In this document: in pieces, positions 18,180-33,641 of the stretch
Position numbering within the stretch: position 1 is the first letter of the stretch
Layout of the letters: every line of letters starts with the position of its first letter
Assembly: GCF_009914755.1 (NCBI RefSeq)
Contig: NC_060927.1
Origin: the human T2T-CHM13v2.0 reference genome, Homo sapiens
DNA length: 64,000 nucleotides
Direction: 5' to 3' (one strand)
The notes under the pieces: model-generated
What the model was told of the DNA's origin: nothing
Databases searched by the model: none
The model's input: only the letters and a program-made list of their open reading frames with translations
Made by a program: the position numbers and the translations under genes

Positions 18180-18313
18180 AAAATATATATATTTTTAAAG
18201 ATGGGCGTCTCATTATATTGCCTAGGCTGGCCTCGAACTCCTGGGGTCAAGTGAGCCTCTGCTTTAGCCTTCCAAGGAGCTGGGACTATAGGTGTGCACC
18301 AATGCACCTAGCT
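18180..18313 (-). mobile_element. FLAM / Alu monomer
   Basis: Single diverged antisense Alu arm. Confidence 0.75.
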
Positions 18314-18710
18314 TGAAGTGTAATTTTTAAACAACCACAACATTCCAAGACAAATCTTTCTGATTTCTGTTCTTTTAGTAATTCCCTAAAGCACAGCTTG
18401 TCTATTTCAAGAGTTAAATGTTCGTACTGTGCCACTAGTGACTGAAACACAGAAGCCAAATAATAATACTGATATTTTGAAAATGATGTATGTAATGGAG
18501 CTATTTTATTTTTTAAGAGTTAAGAATCATAAACTGTGGAATGAAATATATAAAGCATTTCAGATGTACAAATATATAAAACATCTAGTAAAACAATGCA
18601 TTTACAAACATTAAACATTAAGATAAATTGCTATATTAAATACAATTAGTTTTCAAAAATAAAACTAAGCTACGAAAAACAAAAATAATGAGAATGAATT
18701 ATTTAATCTT

Positions 18711-21027
18711 TGATATGGTTTGGCTCTGTGTCCCCACCCAAATCTCATCTTGAATTGTAATCCCCACATGTCGAGGGAGGGAGCTGGTGGGACGCAATTG
18801 GATCATGGGGTCAGTCTCCGCAATGCTGTTGTCATGATAGTGAGTGAGTTCTCTTCAAAGTGTTTAGCAGTTCCCCCCTCACTTGCTGTATCTCCTGCTG
18901 CCATGTAAGATGTGCCTTGCTTCCCCTTCGCCTTCTGCCGTGGTTCCTGAGGCCTCCATAGCCATGTGGAACTGTGACTCAATTAAATTTCTTTTCTTTA
19001 TAAATTACCCAGTCTCAGGTAGTTCTTTATAGCAGTGTGAAAAAGGACTAATACAGAAAATTGGTACCAGGAGTTTGGGCCACTGCTATAAAGATGCCTG
19101 AAAATAAGGAAACAACTTTGGAACTGGGTAACAGGCAGAGACTGCAACAGTTTAGAGGGCTCAGAAGAAAGAAAGATGAGGGAGAATTTGAAACTTCCTA
19201 GAGACTTGTTGAATGGATTTGAACAAAATGCTGACAATGATATGGACAGTGAAGTCCAGGCTGAGGTGGTTTCAGATGGAGATGAGGAACTCACTGGGAA
19301 CTGGAACAAAGGTCACTCCTGCCGTGCTTTAGCAAAGAGACTGGCAGCATTTTGCCCTGCCCTAGAGATCTGTGGAACTATGAACTTGAGAGAGATGATT
19401 TAGGTTACCTGGCATAAGAAATTTCTAAGCAGCAAAGTGTGCAAGAGGTAACCTGGCTTTTTTTGAAAGTGTACAGTCATATGCATTCATGAAGAGATGA
19501 TCTGAAACTGGAGCTCATGTTTAAAAGGGAAGCATAGCATAGAAGTTTGAAAAATGTACATCCTGACCATGTAGTAGAAAAGAAAAACCCATTTTCTGGG
19601 AAGAAATTCAAGCCAGCTGCAGAAATTTGCATAAGTTACAAGGAGCTGAATATTAATAGCCAAGACAATGGGGAAAATGTCTCCAGGGCATTCCAGATAT
19701 CTTCATGGCATCCCCTCCCAACACAGGTCCAGAGGCCTAGGAGGGAAAAATGGTTTCATGGGCCAGGCCCAGAGCCCTGCTGCTCTGTATAGCCTCGGGA
19801 CTTGGTGCCCTGTGTCCCAGCCACTCCAGCTCCAGCTGTGGCTAAAAGGGGTCAAGGTACAGCTTGGGCTGTTGCTTCAGAGAGTGTAAGCCCTAATCCT
19901 TGGTGGCTTCCATGTGGTGTTGGGCCTGCAGGTACACAGAAGGCAAGAGTTGAGGTTTGGGAGCCTCCGCCTAGATTTCAGAGGATGTATGAAATGCCTG
20001 GAGGTCCAAGCAGAAGTCTGCTGCAGGGGCAAAGCCCTCATGGAGAACCTCTGCTAGGGCAGTGTGGAAGGGAAATGTCAGGTTAGATCCCCCACACAGA
20101 GTCCCCACTGGGACACTGCCTAGTGGAGCTGTGAGAAGGGGGGTCACCATCTTCTAGATTCCAGAATGGTGTACCATGTGCCTGGAAAAGCCACAGGCAC
20201 TCAATACCAACCAGTGAAAGCAGCTGCAGAGGCTGTACCCTGTAGAGCCACAGGGGTGGAGCTGCCCAAGACCTTGGGAGCCTACCTTTTGGATCAGTGT
20301 GCCCTGGATGTAAGACATGGAGGCAAAGGAGATTATTTTGGAGCTTTAAGACTGAATGGCTACCCTGCTAGGTTTCGGACTTGTATGGGACCTGTAGCTC
20401 CTTTGTTTTGGCCAATTTCTCCCATTTGAAATAACAGTATTTACCCAATGCCTGTATCCTCATTGTTTCTAGGAAGTAACTGACTTGCTTTTCATTTTAC
20501 AGGCTCATAGGCGGAAGGGACTTCCCTTGTTTCAGATGAGACTTTGGACTTGGACTTTTGGGTTAATGCTGGAATGAGTTAAGACTTTCAGGGACTGTTG
20601 AGAAGGCATGATTGTGTTTTGAAAGTGAGAACATGAGATTTGGAAGGGGCCAGGGACAGAATAATATGATTTGGCTCTGTGTCCTCACCCAAATCTCATC
20701 TTGAATTATAATCCCCACATGTCAAGGGAGGAACCTGGTAGGAGGTGATTGGATCATGGGGGCAGTTTCCCTCATGCTGTTCTCATGATAGTAAGTGAGT
20801 TCTCATGAGATCTGATGGCTTAAAAGTGTTTGACAGATCCCCCCTGCTTGCTGTCTCTCCTGCTGCCATATAAAACATGCCTTGCTTCCCTTTCACCTTC
20901 CTCCATGATTGTAAGTTTCCTGAGGCCTCCCCAGCCATGTGGAACTGTGAATCAGTTAAATCTCTTTTCTTATAAGTTACTCAGTTTCAGGTAGTTCTTT
21001 ATAGCAGTGTGAAAATGGACTAATACA
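18711..21027 (+). mobile_element. Complete THE1 (THE1D-like) MaLR provirus, LTR-int-LTR, in EIF5A2 intron 3
   Basis: LTRs at 18711-19055 and 20662-21027 (TGATATGG...TAATACA). 5-bp TSD ATCTT (18706-18710 / 21028-21032). Confidence 0.93.
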
Positions 21028-21564
21028 ATCTTTTAAATTGAATTATTTATTAAAAAATCTTAAGTTCTATAGAAAAGTTGCAATAATGCAATGAAATCCC
21101 ATATCCTTTACCTAGATACATCCATTGTTCACATTTAATCACATGTGCACTATTTTCTCTATGTATACATCCAATATATATATATATCATATATATTCTT
21201 ATTATTTTTACAGAACTATTGAGAGTAAGTTCCAAAGATCATGATTCTTCAGCAATAAATACTTCAGTGCAACAGCCATGACTTTTCAGCAATTAAAACT
21301 TCAGTGTATTTTTCTCAAGAACAAGGATATACTCTTAGATAACAACAATTTATTTTTCAAAATCAGGGAATTTAATATTGATAACCTATTATTCAATATA
21401 TAGTACATATTTAAATTTGCCAATTGTCCTAGTATTGTCCTGGATAGCAACTTATTTCCCTAACTCCAGGGTCATACCTTGTATTTATCTGGCTATCATG
21501 TCAGTTTAGTCTCTTAATTCTAACAGTTTCCTCCACCCTTTAACTTTCATGGTATCTTTTTGTT

Positions 21565-21825
21565 TTTTGGGGGGTTTGGTTTTTCTGAGACCAGGTCTTG
21601 CTCTTTCATGCAGGCAGGAGTGTGGTGGCATGATCATGACTCACTGCAGCCTCAACCTCCAGGGCTCAAGTGATCCACCCAACTCAGCCTCCCGAGTTAC
21701 TGGGACCATAGGCATACAACCACTATGCCTGCTGGGATTTTTTTTATTTTTTATTTTTTTAATTTTTATTTTTTGTAGATACAGGGTCTTCCTGTGTTGC
21801 CCAGGCTGGTCTCAAACTCCTGGGG
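21565..21825 (-). mobile_element. AluJ-like, within an old L1M 3'-end fragment (~21050-22070)
   Basis: Diverged antisense Alu. Confidence 0.8.
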
Positions 21826-22427
21826 GTTCACTGTTTTATAGAATATTCCTCAGTTTGTGTTTGTCTCACTGTTTCCTCATGATAAAGGTAATGCATTTTT
21901 GAAAGGAATACTATACAAATGATGTGTCCTCAGAGTATCCTATCAGGAGGCAAATGTCAATTTGTCCCATTACAAGTGATGCCAACTTTGATATGCTGAC
22001 TAAGGTAGTTATCTGCCAGATTTTTCCACTCCAAAGTTACACTTTCCCCCTTTGTAATTTGCAAGCTTTAAGAAAAAAAAAAAGCCAACAGTGTCATCGT
22101 CAAGTCCCCAAGCATATTTTTGTGCAAATGTTTCTATCTTCTCTCAAAGGCCTCTCTGACTCCATAGAGTTGGAAGGTGGGGATGGTAAGGAAATTGTTG
22201 TAAGTATCTTCTTCTGGTCCTTTACCTTTAAACAAACCTACTGATTTGATCACTTTTAGATGTTTTTGAACATTTTTTTTTTTGGTAGAAAGTAATTATT
22301 GTTAGTAGCAAGCAGGGAGACAGCAGAGGTGAGGGTCAAAAAACTTTAGAGATGTTAGGCATGTGGAGGCGTACCAAGCTCCTGAGCAGTATATAAGGTT
22401 ATAAGGCTATCAGAATGTGGTATTTTT

Positions 22428-22749
<322 letters not shown>

Positions 22750-23853
22750 CTACTAAAATATTCTAGGGCTCCTTGCATAATTCCAGGTCCAGATCAGGAA
22801 GTGTGTAAGATGAACCTGGAGAAGCTGTTGTACTAAAAAGCAAGGAGCTATCAAGGAGAATTAAAATTAGGCCCATGTCAAAGGGACTCAAGAGCTAACT
22901 TGAATAAGCTCCCACTGGCCAAGATGGAACAATGTGAGAATAAATAAGGACACTAACAACAATGGATTGAAACACAAATATGTTTAAATGCTCGAGTTTA
23001 TAATGAAAAAAATATGTATTTCATCATCTTTAGTGGATGCTAGGAACCAATTTATTTTATAAACTGTACCTTAAAGGGAAAGAGTCAAATACACCCACCC
23101 CCGCTACACGCACAGACACTGGTACTGTCTCTTAAGGCAAACAAACAAACAAAAATTGATGAAGGGAAGTTTCTTTTTATAGAAGTATTCTGGCTAAGAG
23201 AAACAAATGAAGGAATGACAGATCATAAATTTTTTCTCCTCCAATTAATATGTTGAGGCAGTATTCACATATCTGATAATATCACAAAAGGAGAAACAAT
23301 CAGACTTATTTATCTAATGATTGCATAGAACATTATGGAGTAGTCCTGCTAAAGGAAAGAAAGGAAGAAAATAAAAATCTGAACTGAATCTGATTAAGAC
23401 TCTATATCTTACTACCAAGTTTCAGGAAACACAAGGGACAGAGGAACATGTTAAAAAACAAGGAAATGCAATTAGCAAAATCCATACAGTGGGAAAGTCT
23501 ACAGAAGAAATGATCCAGTGTCTTTGTCAAAAAATTGCAGAGACAGAATTAATCACACTGGTAATTGTTGAAGCTGAGTGACAGGTACACAGGATTCATT
23601 ATACTATACTTTGAAAATTTCCACAATAAAAAGTGAAACAAAAAATGCTATAGTATATATGAATTCTAGAATAAGCACTGTAACCACTAAGTGCTGGGAG
23701 GCACAGTAAGCTAAGGAAGCAAAACATGATCTAAAAGGGAGTGTGGGGAGAGTTAATGACTGCAGATTCTGTCTTAGATGTAGTCAGAATAGGAAAGAAC
23801 ACTGAAAAGGGGGAATTATTGGGAAACTATTTTGCCTGCATTTGTACTACTGA

Positions 23854-24077
<224 letters not shown>

Positions 24078-24329
24078 CAGGTGCCTTCTTAGTTCTAATT
24101 TCTGAATTTAATTTTGTTTCTCAATCTATTTCAAAACAACCAGACTTGTTTAGGTAACACCTATTCCTTTTTATTTCTTCCTTCTTTTCCCCCAGAGTGT
24201 AGCACTCTTGTGCTACTTCCTTAGAGTTGCTGGTCCCTGAATGCTTGATCACTATTATTATACAGTGATCTGAGAGACTGAATGCTTTATCACTATTATT
24301 GTACAGCCTAAGCAAATAACACCACCATA

Positions 24330-25995
<1,666 letters not shown>

Positions 25996-26031
25996 AACAG
26001 GTAAAAATTATAAAAAGACTTTAAGCTCAAG

Positions 26032-26175
26032 GAATTCAATGAACATATCTAAACATTCAAATAATATACTACTTATTTGAATTCAATTAACATATCTCAG
26101 CATTCAAATGATATACTACTTATTTGAATTCAATTAACATATCTAAACATTCAAATAATATACTACTTATTTGAA
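26032..26175. repeat. 47-bp tandem repeat x3
   Basis: Unit GAATTCAATTAACATATCTAAACATTCAAATAATATACTACTTATTT, copies starting at 26032, 26079 and 26126. Confidence 0.95.
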
Positions 26176-26840
26176 GAATATACTAGAATTTAATAGTCAC
26201 AGTTTTGGCAATTCACTAATAATCCAAAGGTCTACAATATATACTTTATGTGTCTATAGTAATTAGTCTTCCTTCTGGAAAATGGTTTTCAAATGACAGG
26301 TAAAACTGTAGTAAATGCAGAAACGGCATTTAACTTGTGGTGAAGTTCATATCAACACAGAACTTTCTAAAGAAATATGATTCCAGAGAGTGCTAAAGTC
26401 TGAATAAGCATTTCTGTATGAATTTGGGGATTCCCAAAGGTCTATCTGGATGCATTTATAATTTTCAACATCACTCAGTCCCGGACATCTATAACTACTT
26501 TTGGGAGAAGTAATGTAAATGAGCAATTCTAATCCAAGCTAATCTTGAAAGAGAAGTTAGGAGACAATTTTTCTTTCATTCTGAACTTATTTTAAAACAC
26601 ATAAAATTAAAACTATAAATATTAATACGTTTTGTTTCCTGTTTACTTTTTAATTATCATAATGAACAGAATACATATTTCTCTTTAGCCAACTGCCGAA
26701 CTGGCACTCAAAATATTGAATTCAGCAAACATAAAGGATTACACACGCCAAATAATGAGTAGATATTTAATCAAGGCACTTGGTTAGGTAAGTGAAGACC
26801 ACCATAGCACAATAAATATAAATAGAAAGGCCCACAGAAC

Positions 26841-27057
26841 TTTTGTTTTTGAGACAGGGTCCCACTCTGTCGCCCAGGCTAGAGTGCAGTGGAGTGATCA
26901 CAGCTTAGTGCAGCCTTGACCTCCCAAGGCTCAAGTGATCCTCCCACCTCAGCCTCTGGGTCTGCTGGGACTACAGCTGTGTACACCACCATGCCTCGCT
27001 AATTTTTTTTTTTCTGTATTTTGTAAAGATGGCGTCTCACCACATTGCCCAGGTTGG
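26841..27057 (-). mobile_element. Truncated AluJ
   Basis: Antisense Alu right arm plus part of the left arm. Confidence 0.85.
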
Positions 27058-27109
27058 AGAACTAGTTTTTTAAACAATTAACAGAAATAAGTTATTTTTC
27101 TATGCTGAC

Positions 27110-27340
27110 TTGAAAATGAAGAGCAGAGAAATACTGAATACTTTCTATGCCAGGCGTTGTTGTATTAACTAATTAAACCTCAAAATGATCCCATGAGGCG
27201 TTATTATTTATGTCTCTGCTTTATAAAGAAAGAAATGGAAGCAAAACAGGTTAAGTAACTTGTCAACCAAGGTCACACAGCTATTAAGTGCCAAAGTAAG
27301 ACTAGGACCAGGCCTGCCTGGCTTAAATCATCCTCTTATC
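27110..27340. mobile_element. MIR fragment
   Basis: MIR core-like aggttaagtaacttgtc..aaggtcacacagct. A second MIR lies at ~28060-28230. Confidence 0.7.
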
Positions 27341-27364
27341 CACTTTGCAGTGCGGAGTACATAC

Positions 27365-27666
27365 CAAGGGTTGGGACAAGGGTGAAGTAAGACACTTGTC
27401 TTGGGTGCAAAATTAAAGAAGGCACCAAAAAAACCTCAGTGATCAGATAGGCATTTTAATGCAATATTTTAAAAAATTAGAATTAATGCAAAAATCCTAT
27501 GATAAAATACCAAAATTCTAAATAAAGATGGGATCAGAATTAATTTTCTTTGCGCCTTGAGCTCCTATATGGCTTGTCATTGTTACTAGTTCTGTCTTTA
27601 TTTAAAATTTTGTGCCTGAGGCAAGAGCCTCCCTCACTTCATTTGCCTCATCCTAGTCTAGGACCC
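27365..27666. mobile_element. MER96B-like hAT DNA transposon fossil
   Basis: Degenerate terminal inverted repeats (gggttgggacaagggtga ... cctcatcctagtctaggaccc). Confidence 0.55.
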
Positions 27667-29327
27667 AAACCAAATTTTTCCTTTAAGTCTTGAGCTCCAA
27701 TCAATGACTGGCTAACCTTATCATAGTATAATAGTAATTATCTGAACTGCTGATACCATCTTTCTGAAACATGCAACAGGCAAAAGCATTCTATATTGAA
27801 TGAATATTACTGAATATAATTAATATTGAATAGTCAAAGCTTTCATACTTTAAGACGAAAAGAGAAACCCAATTTTGACAACATTCTACGCTCAACTTTA
27901 GCCTGCTGTACTATCTCTACCACATTCAGTAATCACATATACATTTAACAAATATTTTTCGAGCACCTACTATGTACCACATCAAAGTTGGTGCTCCAAC
28001 AATAATGAAATGATTAAGTAGAATTTTTACATAGGAAAAGGGGGAAACAGAACAGCACTTTTTGGTACGTATCTACTTATGGAGTTCTTAATGGGGTACA
28101 TTTTCTCATTTAATCCTCCTATTATCACTATTTTGTAGATGAGAAAACAGGCTCAGAAAGGTGTATAACTTGTCCAAAATCATCCAACTAGAAAGTGACA
28201 GAACTAGATCCAAACCCAGATCTACCTGGTTAAAAAAACCCACTTGCAAGACAATTCAAATTTCTACAAAGACTTCAAAGCAACCTAGAAAACATTTATG
28301 ACAAGTAGGAAAGTGAAAATATAAAAGTGTTTACTAGATTAAAACCACAAAAAAGTATGTTTGCATGTGGACAAACAGCAAAAGGAAATCATTGCGTAAG
28401 TGCAGTTGATAGCAACATTAAAAGAAATTTATACAATACAACAAAGGGTACAGAAAAAAATCAGTTTAAGTCGGATAAAACAAATACCAGTGTCAACTTT
28501 GTATTTTTCACTATGTAAAATGAGCAGAAATGAGTTTGATATATGGTATGCTTGATACAGAAATTGAAGACTTTCAAGAAAAGCTTTAGTTATAAGTAAT
28601 CTGAGCTTCCACATCCTATAAGGTCAATTATTTTGTTATCATCAATACTTCAAACAACAAAATGCTATCATTAAATATGACCTACCCAAATGTATAACTG
28701 GAACTAAAACTTGAAATTTACATACATAATTTAGCAAAAGGTCATAGCATGGTCACTAAGTATAATTTAACCAATTATATAGTTTTTGTGTTTTCTTCAC
28801 CATACTCAGTGACCAGGTACTTTATCCTTTATATTTATGGCTTTCAACTTATTTCTCTACTTAAGAATGTCAAGTTCTGACTAACATTCATTAATGCAAA
28901 AACTTGGTAGGAACATGAATTTCAGTAGTTTCTTGAATGTCTCAGGTCTGATCAGTGAAAAGAAACAAAACATCCAGGAGGGATGTTTTAAATTAGAACA
29001 AGAAATATTTTACAACAGAGAGAATAGTACTTTTACTAAACATTGGACTTAATTGCAATATGCAGTCACTTGGCCTGAGAACACTAATAAGTATTTGACT
29101 TTTTAAAAAATGCAAGAATGTGAAAAAAATAGCAAACTAGCAATAATCCTAGAAAAGTACATGTGTTAAACATCACTATTTCTCCAATTTCTAAGATAGC
29201 TGGTGCCTAATAATTGGTTAGAAAAACCTACAAAACTACTCTTGGGTTTTGTCAAATTATTACTGATAGTACAAAGTATTTGCACCTTGAAGAAACAAGC
29301 AACATTCTAAAGAAAATCAGTGCTTAC

Positions 29328-29432
29328 TTGATAATCATTTCTCTTAATATTTGGAACATCCATGTTGTGAGTAGAAGGACAAATATCTTCATATTTTTTG
29401 CCCGTGAAAATATCAATTCCAACAAGGTGAAC
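29328..29432 (-). CDS. EIF5A2: EIF5A2 exon 3 (aa 56-90)
   Basis: 105 nt encoding [35 protein letters not shown]. Acceptor TCTGTTAG, donor CAA|GTAAGC. Confidence 0.98.
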
Positions 29433-29980
29433 CTAACAGAGGAGAACAGGAAACCTGTTTAATCTCTGCCAAGTATATCACTCATTACACACACAAGAGC
29501 ACAATACCAATGCTGATTACAACAGATTCTTTTTCTCCTCCTTCCAAGGTCATCTAATTTTACTTAAAAAAAAATGTAGTGGTCTTACAATTAAGAGGCA
29601 GTAAACAACTAAACAGTATCACGACATGTCAAGACCCAATATAGACCAGTGATTCAATTATGAGATTACACAAGAAAAATAAAGTGTAGATTTCTTAGAA
29701 TTGCTAGAACAGGTTTTCTCATCTGTAAACTAAATAGATCTTATAGGTCACTAGGATTCAGGAAAGTTTCAGTTCCCAGTTAATGAACATTGTAAGGGCC
29801 CAAGAAGGGAATGCTACCTTTAAGTATTCAACGTAATAACTGATTACCCAGTAATTGTGGGAAGGAAAAAATAGTGCTTATTACAAAATTTTAAGTATAG
29901 AAATCTCATGATCTGTAACGGAATACAAATGATCAAAGTCCCAACGCCGAAGCCAAAGCCTGATCTGCAAGGGTACTTAC

Positions 29981-30145
29981 CTTGGCATGACCATGCTTTC
30001 CAGTTTTGGAAGTTGACATCTCCACTATTTTGCATGGTCGTCCTTTGAGCACCACGAAGCCGTTTTTGCGCAAGGCCGAGCACTGCATAGGGTAAGTGCT
30101 GGAAGCCCCGGCATCTCCAGTAGTGAAATCAATTTCGTCTGCCAT
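29981..30145 (-). CDS. EIF5A2: EIF5A2 exon 2 coding part (aa 1-55, includes hypusinated K50)
   Basis: Translates [55 protein letters not shown]. Strong Kozak CCCACCATGG. Donor AAG|GTAAGT at 29981/29980. Exon acceptor TGTGTAG at 30181/30180. K50 codon at 29996-29998. Confidence 0.98.
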
Positions 30146-30329
30146 GGTGGGCAGGGGAGATGGTAGTTTTTCCGTGGGAACTACACAAAAAGTTTGTGTT
30201 TGCTTTTTAACAACGGGTATGTAGGCAGGGAAACGTCTCATTTCGGACAAGTTATGTGCCAAGCATCATGGGCCCGTTATTTCTGCATGTAAGGAACACC
30301 CACCCTAGACTAGTGGCCACTTTCTAACT

Positions 30330-31660
30330 CTGGCCTCTACAAACTTTTCCAGCTACTGCTTGGGGAGGTGGGATGAGAAGTCGCAGAGGAGCTCGCTGAG
30401 GGTGGGGACACCCGCCCTGGGCGCTCCTCCGTGCTGGAAACAGCAGGTTGCGGCCCCCATCGCCCCACCGCAGAAGCCGGCGACCTTCCCCCGCCGCCCA
30501 GCCCTCGGCCGCCGCCCCGAACCCTACTGCGGGGGACCCAGCCCAGGCCGCAGGTCCCCGCGAAGGATGCGGGGTAACAGAACCTGGCCAGCAGCACCCG
30601 GCCCTCTGCTAGCTGGCGCGCACCCCGCCCTCCACCCTTCAACGTCGCCGCCGCGGCCGCACAGGCGCCCCCTGTTCTGCCGGCATCCAGGGCTCAGCTC
30701 GGCCCGGCCCGGCCCCACTAGGGCCTGAGCCCCGGCGGGTCCCGCGCTCGCCTCTGTTCCCCCATCCATTCTCCTTCTTTCTCTCGGTCAGCGCTCAGTT
30801 CTGGGCGCCTTCCCCGGCCCTGCCTCACTCTGGCCCCATCCCCACCAGCTTTTCCCCACCAGCTTTTCCCCAGGTCTTCACCTTTCAGCTGGCAAAGAGC
30901 GCCTTTCGTCTGCGCACCCGCGCTGGTCCCCTACAGCAGCGGCGCCGGCAGCGGCGGTGGCGGCCGCGGCAGTTCCAAGAGACGGGGCGGGGCCGCCACA
31001 CTTTCCACACCCCAGCCTCCCCGCCCTTACCCGCCCCCACTCAGCCCTATTTCCGGGATAGGCCCCGGAGCGTCACAGGCACCGCCCTCTCGGGCTACCA
31101 TTGGCTACCAGATTCCCGAGGCTCCGCCCAGTCACGTGAAGAGCGCCCTGGCAACCCCACGTGCTGCGGATTAGTGCACTTCCGGCGTGGAGCGCACTTT
31201 CAGCAGTCTGGTTGCCGAGGGTGAGCTCGCTGGCAGAGGAACTTGCGCCTTCCAACTCTTAGGTTTGTTGCGTTCGGGTCGCAGTCGACTTTAATGGGAA
31301 CCAAGCAAAGCACCCAATGGCCCCTGCCATCAGGTGCGTGGCAGTTATCACATGACGATCGTCAGAACTCGCGAGGCGCGCAGATTCAGCGAGTGCCAGT
31401 GTGGCTGGCTGTGAAGCGAACTTTGGGTTCGAGCTTCTGGTTCAGCTTGCAGCCTTTCTTGGGGTTCGAACCTCCTCCTGGTCCTTAAAGAAGAATTCAG
31501 GTGCAGTATTTTATTACCCAGCTCGGCACCGCAGGTCCTGAGGACCCCCCATTCACCCCTTGGTGAGATTTTTGGCAGCGACTGCCGCCGGATGCCCCTG
31601 TAGAGTCAGCACTGCTCCCTGGGGTGGGAACTCCCGAAGCGTCCGCCAGCTAACAAGCCA
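30330..31660. promoter_or_regulatory. CpG island / EIF5A2 promoter
   Basis: High GC and CpG density. GC boxes (GGGGCGGGGC 30984-30993, CCCCGCCC ~31019), CCAAT on minus (31100-31104), two CACGTG E-boxes (31133-31138, 31158-31163), ETS-like ACTTCCGG (~31178). Confidence 0.9.
30882..30976 (-). other. EIF5A2: EIF5A2 non-coding exon 1 (5'UTR); TSS approximate
   Basis: GC-rich segment just downstream of GC boxes, ending in donor GAAAG|GTGAAG at 30882/30881. No upstream ATG in the spliced 5'UTR. Confidence 0.8.
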
Positions 31661-32179
31661 GCAGTGAAATGAATTAACCCACTTCTCACACCAAAGGCTG
31701 TTGGGAAGTTGTGGAGGCGAAGGGTGTCTGACTCCTACGGCATTGTGGGTCCAGAGAGGTGTTCTGCCGACTCATCCATTCTTTCCTCCTGGCATTGGCA
31801 TTCCTTAGAGTTTGGGGTTTAACCCTGGCACATTAGAACGCTTGGATGGTCTTCAAAATTGACCTAGAGCTTGTAGACTGCCATAGAAAGGTTCTTAAAA
31901 GAGATGTGCTCCCCCTTCACAGTTTCATTTCGCAACCTACCGCAGTATCCTATCTTGGGGAGGTGATCTAGGAAATTATTTCCCATCCCACACCCGCATT
32001 TATGTGGTAACTTTGATTTCCTATTGCTGTCTCATGAATAATCCCATATCTCACATTCCTGTATGACTCTACAGTTTACACATATCTTTCAAACAGGTCC
32101 AATTTAACTTTCGCAATAAGTTACTGCCCTCTCATGTACTGAATTCAGCCTCTAGCTAATATACAAAGGAGCCATTACA

Positions 32180-32543
<364 letters not shown>

Positions 32544-33043
32544 CTATTGTTTTTACAATGATCGCTAATAGTATTTAGTATTTATATAGGCAGGTAGTGT
32601 ACTAAATTTTTGATGTGCATTATTCCTTTGTTTGTCACTGCTGCTCTCTATTTTTAACCTTGTTAAGTTATTCATATAAAGAAAAATTTGTCCCTTTTCT
32701 TTTTATGAGTTTTGAAAAACATATCTTGATCATCTGCTATGATCAAGATATGGAATATTTCCCTCATTCCAAAAGTTTTCTAGTGGCTTTTTGTTCTCAG
32801 TTTCCTCCCTCTACACCCAGCCCCTGGCAAATATTAACAGTACTTTTTTAACCTGCATTTTTAGTTACGGAAAAAGGAGAAAAGCAATTTGCCCCAGATT
32901 ACAAAGCTAGTAAGTTGGAAAACCAAGGTTGGAACCTAGGCAGTTTGGTTCCAGAGTCACTGCTCTACCTACCACCATATACTGCATTCACAAAAGATTT
33001 GGGTTTGGAATCAAATGACTGAGCATTACTCATTCAATAAATA

Positions 33044-33641
33044 CAGTCAGTTCTCCTGAAGTCAGTAAGAACACTGAATTGGCAAATACTAAACCATTGC
33101 TCCTAGGGGAAATACAGGGTTAGGTTCCTCTGAGCCTCTGGGCCACAACATTGGTTAATATGTGATTTTTAGTGTGTTTCCATTTAAAGACACCTGATTT
33201 CCTATATATTGTTGGTTCATTAACATTAAACTCATGGCCAACAGCAATGTAATTCATACCTGAAGGTAGCTTATCTAACATATGCTCTCTGTAAGGCACA
33301 CTGTAGCTTTCTTGTGTTTTGGAACATTAGACAGCTCTTCAGCACAGTGCTTGGGGGCCATTTTGAATGGTGAAATCACCAACAAAAAGCACAACAATGC
33401 AAAAACTGGCAATAAATAGACTGAAAAGAATACTGGTTAACAGTTTGACGACTGAAACAAGAAGGCAGAGCATGGCTGAGTTTGACCTCAGCTAAATGTG
33501 CGTTAGATGGCACGAGTCTCTGTGCATGTTCACAAATGACTTCAAAAGCACTGCAAGTATTGATTTTAAGATTATAAGTAAATTATGTCAAGTATGCAAA
33601 TTTGCAAATATGGAATCCAAAAATAATGAAGATTGACTATG
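33044..33641. mobile_element. MER82-like Tigger DNA transposon fossil
   Basis: Contains AACACTGAATT..AATACT..ACCATTGCTCCTAGGGGAAATACAGGGTTAGGTTCC, with TA-flanked CAGTC...GACT ends. Confidence 0.65.

Noticed and set aside
18720-20429. ORFs in THE1 internal regions (also 40300-42500)
   Set aside because: Fragmented remnants of the MaLR internal ORF with many stops.
26032-26175. Palindromic repeat array superficially like CRISPR
   Set aside because: The units are contiguous with no unique spacers, there are no cas genes, and the context is a primate intron.
29933-30262. 109-aa ORF suggesting an N-terminally extended eIF5A2
   Set aside because: It starts at a TTG in intron 1 and runs past the exon 2 donor. 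The spliced 5'UTR has no ATG and has an in-frame TAG upstream.
30337-31488. Several GC-rich ORFs around the promoter
   Set aside because: Expected from stop-codon scarcity in a CpG island. Low-complexity products with no recognisable homology.
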